A DNA stretch of 63,274 bases, counting the filler, from an uncultured bacterium (GTDB lineage: Bacteria > JAGOEH01): assembly GCA_964632485.1 (NCBI GenBank). It is 4 parts of 4 records of this genome, joined end to end, with 100 filler letters (N's around TTAATTAATTAA, not from the genome) between each part and the next. Parts side by side here need not be neighbours in the genome. Positions count along the whole stretch, not along the records: positions 42,564 to 60,592 come from CAZWDO010000039.1; positions 60,693 to 63,274 come from CAZWDO010000057.1; 2 more parts are not named here. One strand, 5' to 3'. The notes beneath the pieces were generated by a model that worked only from the letters and a program-made list of their open reading frames with translations, was not told the origin of the DNA and ran no database searches. Positions 58,616 through 63,274 of the stretch are shown in pieces. Numbering within the stretch: position 1 is the stretch's first letter; each line of letters begins with the position of its first letter. A program made the translations under genes and the position numbers.

Positions 58616-59461
58616 TTAGTCAATAGACTCTATCTTTTCTACATAGCCGGAAGAATAATCAAATTCGATGTTTACAAAATATGGTAGATACGGAAATTTG
58701 TATTTTTTTTCCCAGATGGCGTACGGCTCGCCGGTTTCTGTACCCGATGCATCGTCATTTTCGTAGGTTACCAGGCTATAGCCCCAAAGTTCGATCTGGT
58801 CGCGGAGCGCGGCCAGGTCATCATTCGACAGCGCGTCGGCGGTCAGAGCGGCGGTATGCGCGTATCCTTCGGCGTAGGCAGTGCCAGAATCTCCGTCGCG
58901 AAAAAGGGTGATTTTTCCGGAAGCGGAATTATTGGCGGCGATAGCGGTGGAATCGGACGTTATCACGTCATCGACCATGACGGCAATCGTGCCGGGGGAA
59001 GCGTCGAAGCGGCAGGCGATAAAATGCTGGCCGGTATCGGCAATAGTCTTGGTGCATGTTATAAAATCGGTTGCTGCGCCGCTGTCGATGGTGAACGTGA
59101 GCGCGCCATCGAGCCGGAGTGCGGGGAGATATTCGGCGGGATCGGCGTTCGGGCATCGGTAGTCGTCATGTGTCTGCCAGTATGCGGGAGTCAGCGCATC
59201 AGATGCGAAGCCGAGAACATCAAAATCATGATCCTGACCAGAATAGTCGTATATGGTCGAGCCGCTATCTCGGGGACATTCCAGGATCGAGAAGATTGGA
59301 TTTGTAAAATAATCGTGCAGTTTTTTTACGCGGCGAACAATAACCGATTCACCGCCGATAGTGTCGAAAACCAACTCTTCCGAATAATTCCGGACTTGCA
59401 AATCGTGTTCAAATCGTTTCCGGGAGGCGGTATATGGGCGGCTGGGTACTGGATATAGCAT
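58616..59461 (-). CDS. LamG/concanavalin-like domain protein, phage-tail-like; possibly internally deleted
   Basis: GGAGGG RBS; GSTIYDYSG...QHFIACRFD...IAVMVDD...ALSNDDLAAL pattern. Confidence 0.55.
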   Translation of the reverse strand: MLYPVPSRPYTASRKRFEHDLQVRNYSEELVFDTIGGESVIVRRVKKLHDYFTNPIFSILECPRDSGSTIYDYSGQDHDFDVLGFASDALTPAYWQTHDDYRCPNADPAEYLPALRLDGALTFTIDSGAATDFITCTKTIADTGQHFIACRFDASPGTIAVMVDDVITSDSTAIAANNSASGKITLFRDGDSGTAYAEGYAHTAALTADALSNDDLAALRDQIELWGYSLVTYENDDASGTETGEPYAIWEKKYKFPYLPYFVNIEFDYSSGYVEKIESID

Positions 59462-59469
59462 TTTCCCTC

Positions 59470-59910
59470 CTATGCGTTTTGAATGCTGGTCGAATATACG
59501 ATGTTCATAATATAGTCGTCGGTTTTCGAAAAATTTACCGCTATCTCGGACCTGATCACTCCCGTGCCGAAGGCGGTGGTCGCATCGCCTGCATAGAACC
59601 GAATTTAGCGAAACGCGGCATTGGCTTCGGAACGAGCGAATGAAAACACGTTGGTATTATCACCCACAATGCGCCAGGCGTCGGCATACTGTTTTCGGGC
59701 TACCGGCGCGCTTTCCGAGCACAGTTCGACGATTTTCAAGGATATATCTAAAGATGGCGTTTCGCCGGAAATCAGTTTGTCAAGTTCGGAGAGATACCCC
59801 GCCGCGATCTGATTATGAAACATCCTGATGACTACATTTTTAGACAGCGGGATCAGATCGATGCGGCAATTGGCGCGCATCACGATTGGATGAGATAGGC
59901 GATAATTCAT
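59470..59910 (-). pseudogene. Phage tail-type structural protein with an in-frame stop at 59605-59607
   Basis: Frame continues past TAA: SEANAAFR*IRFYAGDATTAFGTGVIRSEIAVNFSKTDDYIMNIVYS to TAG at 59470. Confidence 0.6.
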
Positions 59911-59922
59911 TGGGAATTCCTT

Positions 59923-60540
59923 TCAGGCGAGGGTGGTATGACCGAACACACCGTCGAAGATTAAATTTTCCGTGAGCGGAAACAAATTCCATGCGCAGGC
60001 TTCGGAAATGACGATTGGCTCTTCATCCGCGCGCGAAAGCGGCAGCGTACCGCTTCTATCGACAGTTCCACGCTTACGCAGAATATAGGCTACGATCTTT
60101 TCCAGGCTGAAAACAGCTCCATCGAGTGACAATTCATATACCCACTGTGGGCGGGAAAAGCGGCACGAGTAGCGCGTGATCAAAAGTGGCTGGCTCTCAA
60201 GCGAAACGCTCGCATCCGATATGCGTATCGTTTGTCCGATCGGATCGGGTGGGGGAGAATTCGTTTCCAGAACCAGTTTGCCGTTGCGGATTTCTACGAC
60301 GCTCGCCAGCGCGGCGCTGTCAGGGGTGAATGAGTGGGCTTTCCAGGTTCCGGCGGATGTCGCGGGAGATACGGCGGCATCGAATTGCAGCTCCGCCGCA
60401 GACGGATCGCGGCGGCGAGCGAGCGGGAAAACGATATGCCGGAAAACGGGGAGGAAATCGGCGAGATTTCCAACCCGCAATAACGAGACGGATCACAGCC
60501 CCCCGTGCAGGATATTTATCGCCAGGCGTTCGCTGACCTA
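59923..60540 (-). pseudogene. Degraded phage minor-tail-like gene
   Basis: PIGQTIRISD...LLITRYSC...YELSL pattern; co-directional and tightly packed with the two genes downstream. Confidence 0.4.
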
Positions 60541-60592
60541 GTGCTCAGTCATAAAAAAAACATAACTATTGACAACAGAACAAAAATTGATT

Positions 60593-60692
60593 NNNNNNNN
60601 NNNNNNNNNNNNNNNNNNNNNNNNNNNNNNNNNNNNTTAATTAATTAANNNNNNNNNNNNNNNNNNNNNNNNNNNNNNNNNNNNNNNNNNNN
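60593..60692. other. Artificial contig spacer
   Basis: N-run, TTAATTAATTAA, N-run. Confidence 0.98.
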
Positions 60693-61196
60693 GCCAGAGG
60701 ATAGAGGATCGAGGGCAGGGAACCATAACCCCGCAACGCGGCGCGGGTTTCAGGTTCGCCCAGCCAAACGCTCGAACTCGAGTCAAACGTTTTTTCCAAC
60801 CGAGCGGCTATTTGTCGCTTGCGATTGTTTCCTTCCAGCATTTTATCAATACCGTAGCCGATACCCATGCCGGCAACGCAAACCATTCCCGATTTAGCCA
60901 ATCCACCGAAATCGAAGCGAAAAACGGGTTCCTTATCCTGAAAATCGTTTCTGTTTTTTTCAATAGCCGTCAGGGCGACAAATCCCGCCACCATGCCCAA
61001 TATGGCATACGGATACTTAACTTTGGGCGATAGACACGATTGGGGTGATTTCATCGAATCCGCCCGATGCTTATGGCCGATGCCAATGCGAGTTTTCGAA
61101 TCCTGTTGATAGTGCGACGAATCGGGAGACTGGGCCAATATAGCCGATAATCCCGGGAAAAAAGATCAAGCAGCAGATGGTGAACAGTCTCGACAA
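60693..61196 (-). pseudogene. Hypothetical exported/membrane protein with a frameshifted signal peptide
   Basis: AAGGAG then TTG at 61196 (MSRLFTICCLIFFPGIIGY) is out of frame with the body AQSPDS...YAILGMVAGFVAL...GMGIGYGID. Confidence 0.4.
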
Positions 61197-61505
61197 AAGA
61201 GGCTCCTTTGATGAAAATTATATTGTTTTCCTTGACGCTTACACAATCCGCCTGGCGCTGAATTTGCATGTCGAAATATGTCGGCAATCCGTTATCCGAG
61301 ATATAGAGAGAATCTCCCTACTGGACAAGGCATTTTTCCACATTATCGCCGCTCATGGGAGATTCTCTCCAGCGCATGCTTGTAGTTATTCTGTTGTAGA
61401 GCAATCTAATAGACCATATTTCCGACATTTTTTTGGAATCATGATCTGATTCAGGCTGAATTGCATGAAGCATTCTTTTTTAGTTGGCTCCTTGAGATTG
61501 CGACA

Positions 61506-62081
61506 CTAAAATTGCCATGCTAAATTTACATACACGCTTTGTTTTGTCAGATAAAAAGAGGGGATTAATCCGGTTTGAGATGGATTTCGAGTTTGGTGTT
61601 TTTGATCAACATAATACCCAATTGCCGCGGAGGTAAATGGTACAGTTAAAAAATAATACGGGTAATAGTTCAACAGATGATATCGATGCTTGCTTGATTG
61701 TCTGATTTGAGGGTTGTTATGCAAAGCAATTTCACTGCCAGTGATGATTACTCCATGAAACAGAAGAGAAGTCCAGAAAGATTTCATACGGTTTTCGGAT
61801 GCAAGACAAGCGCCGATGCTGCTACCTGATGCGAAATGCATATTAATATAGAACCAAATATCATCCAATTGAAATCTTACTTTCTTTTCACCCAGGATAA
61901 TACTTCTCAGCTTCAATGAACTAAGTCCGATAGGGCTTCCCAGGATAACAGATCCGACTATGCTTGGCACTAAATAGTCAAAATATTTTTTTGGCTTATT
62001 CGGTGTCAATATTTCCTGTAAGATTAAAATATTATTAAAACAAAAAAACATGTAAATCCAGATAGTCTGCTTATTAAGCAT
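61506..62081 (-). CDS. Hypothetical membrane protein
   Basis: Gly-rich hydrophobic helices; C-terminal amphipathic strand VNLAWQF; TAATG coupling to the upstream gene. Confidence 0.65.
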   Translation of the reverse strand: MLNKQTIWIYMFFCFNNILILQEILTPNKPKKYFDYLVPSIVGSVILGSPIGLSSLKLRSIILGEKKVRFQLDDIWFYINMHFASGSSIGACLASENRMKSFWTSLLFHGVIITGSEIALHNNPQIRQSSKHRYHLLNYYPYYFLTVPFTSAAIGYYVDQKHQTRNPSQTGLIPSFYLTKQSVYVNLAWQF

Positions 62082-63274
62082 TATTCCGATCCTTCCCAGG
62101 AACTATGTTGAACTGGCCCCATGGGCGCTACATTTCCGGCATTATCAGGTATTTCATCCCACCAGCCCAACCATACACCGGGGTAGTACAAAGGGGCGCC
62201 CAAACTATATTGCAGTATTCCACCGCCAATACTAAACCACGATTCTCCGGCGCTGGGATGTGATAACGGTTGACCCCAGAAATTGTTATACACCATCCAA
62301 TTCAGATCGTTCCGATATGAATCGATATACGGATGGATATTGTTATGTCCATTGTTGACAAATTCCGCGTTCGGCATAATCACTATATTGCCATAGTTGC
62401 CGAAATCAATTTCCATTCCCGAACCGTCAACATCTTCATCCATTCCCAAGGCTCCCACATTTGACCAATGACCAGCATGCGGATATGAACCATGGGAACC
62501 ATGTCCTGTAAAAAGTTGCCCTCCTGTATTGACATGCATATAGCCGCCGACATAAACCCTGGGATGGGTTTGGCTGATCAATTCCGGATTCGTTACGGGC
62601 AAATGTGAATGGTGATAATAATAGACAACCTTCACAATTTGAACGGTGGAAGGATTCTGGCTGTTTAGGATCGCGTTGATATGCTCCCAATCGCCTTCAT
62701 GTTGATTGGCGCAGCCATTGAACGGATAATAGAACCAATACTGAATTACGCAGCGGTCGCCCTGTTTGAACAAATGGGCATACGTTGTGCCTTGAGAATA
62801 TTTATGATAATCCCAGCGCATTGATAATTCCGACATTTTTTGGTTCCATGAAGCGTACCATGACGTCGGATCGGTTTCCGCATTGTCGCCCCATTCAAAA
62901 TGCGGAATGATGAATGCCATTTGCGGCGGATAATTATCGCCCTGGCAACTGTAACAACCGTCCCCATCGGTATCGAAATAGACCATGCGTTCATCAAACG
63001 GATCATAGTAAGGAAACAGCCCGCTATAAATCATATCCGGAATATAAATCTGTTCAGGCGGAAAGCTCCCAATCTTGTCGCCTGCGACAGTGTAAATATC
63101 CAGAATAACATCATTCCAATCCAGAACAAAATCTCCGTTGCGATCCATGATCTCGACCGGTACGGGCCTAACTCCCTGATCCTGGGAATGCAGTTTAAGA
63201 TTGTGGGCAGAATTTTTGAGCCAATTGCATTTCCCAGGCATCGTGGACGCCATTGCCATCTTCGTCGATCGCCA
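62081..63274 (-). CDS. NPP1/Vps62-like domain protein, 5' partial, with an apparent frameshift near 63203
   Basis: IQYWFYYPFN...HEGDWEHI...HPRVYVG...GSHGSY motif. An upstream frame reads IDEDGNGVHDAWEMQLAQKFCP. Confidence 0.75.
   Translation of the reverse strand, partial: WRSTKMAMASTMPGKCNWLKNSAHNLKLHSQDQGVRPVPVEIMDRNGDFVLDWNDVILDIYTVAGDKIGSFPPEQIYIPDMIYSGLFPYYDPFDERMVYFDTDGDGCYSCQGDNYPPQMAFIIPHFEWGDNAETDPTSWYASWNQKMSELSMRWDYHKYSQGTTYAHLFKQGDRCVIQYWFYYPFNGCANQHEGDWEHINAILNSQNPSTVQIVKVVYYYHHSHLPVTNPELISQTHPRVYVGGYMHVNTGGQLFTGHGSHGSYPHAGHWSNVGALGMDEDVDGSGMEIDFGNYGNIVIMPNAEFVNNGHNNIHPYIDSYRNDLNWMVYNNFWGQPLSHPSAGESWFSIGGGILQYSLGAPLYYPGVWLGWWDEIPDNAGNVAPMGPVQHSSWEGSE

Noticed and set aside
23050..60692. 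Three TTAATTAATTAA palindromes, and gene adjacency across them
   Set aside because: They are artificial contig spacers inside N-runs; neighbourhoods across them have no biological meaning.

Overview
The window is four unrelated contigs joined by artificial N44-TTAATTAATTAA-N44 spacers (23050-23149, 42464-42563, 60593-60692), plus two 10-N scaffold gaps. The source is probably a metagenome-assembled FCB-group bacterium, inferred from T9SS/FlgD-type 'YPNPFN' tails, PorV-like genes and an ECF-FecR-TonB locus. Contig 2 (23150-42463) is clean core genome: MCP-cheW-cheA, a SWIM-SNF2 helicase, a por operon that appears to have two alpha paralogs, GT2, a PfkB kinase, a sigma54-type DUF4384/lipoprotein pair, purD, and tRNA-Met next to a tyrosine integrase. 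Contigs 1, 3 and 4 are patchworks in which intact secreted and signalling genes alternate with short, abruptly ending remnants of unrelated genes and with REP-like palindromes. The most interesting observations are: (1) two REP families (CGTC- and GTAG-tagged) whose loops carry further nested mini-hairpins, near a RAYT gene frameshifted by a 13-nt duplication inside its own palindrome; (2) a stand-alone protein joining a membrane-localisation-like four-helix bundle to an IQM/'SGHYxP' toxin-like domain; (3) two complementary decayed copies of a kinase-PorV locus 17 kb apart; and (4) a secreted protein family with a shared Fn3 stalk and different heads. All family assignments come from motif recognition by eye; no searches were run.
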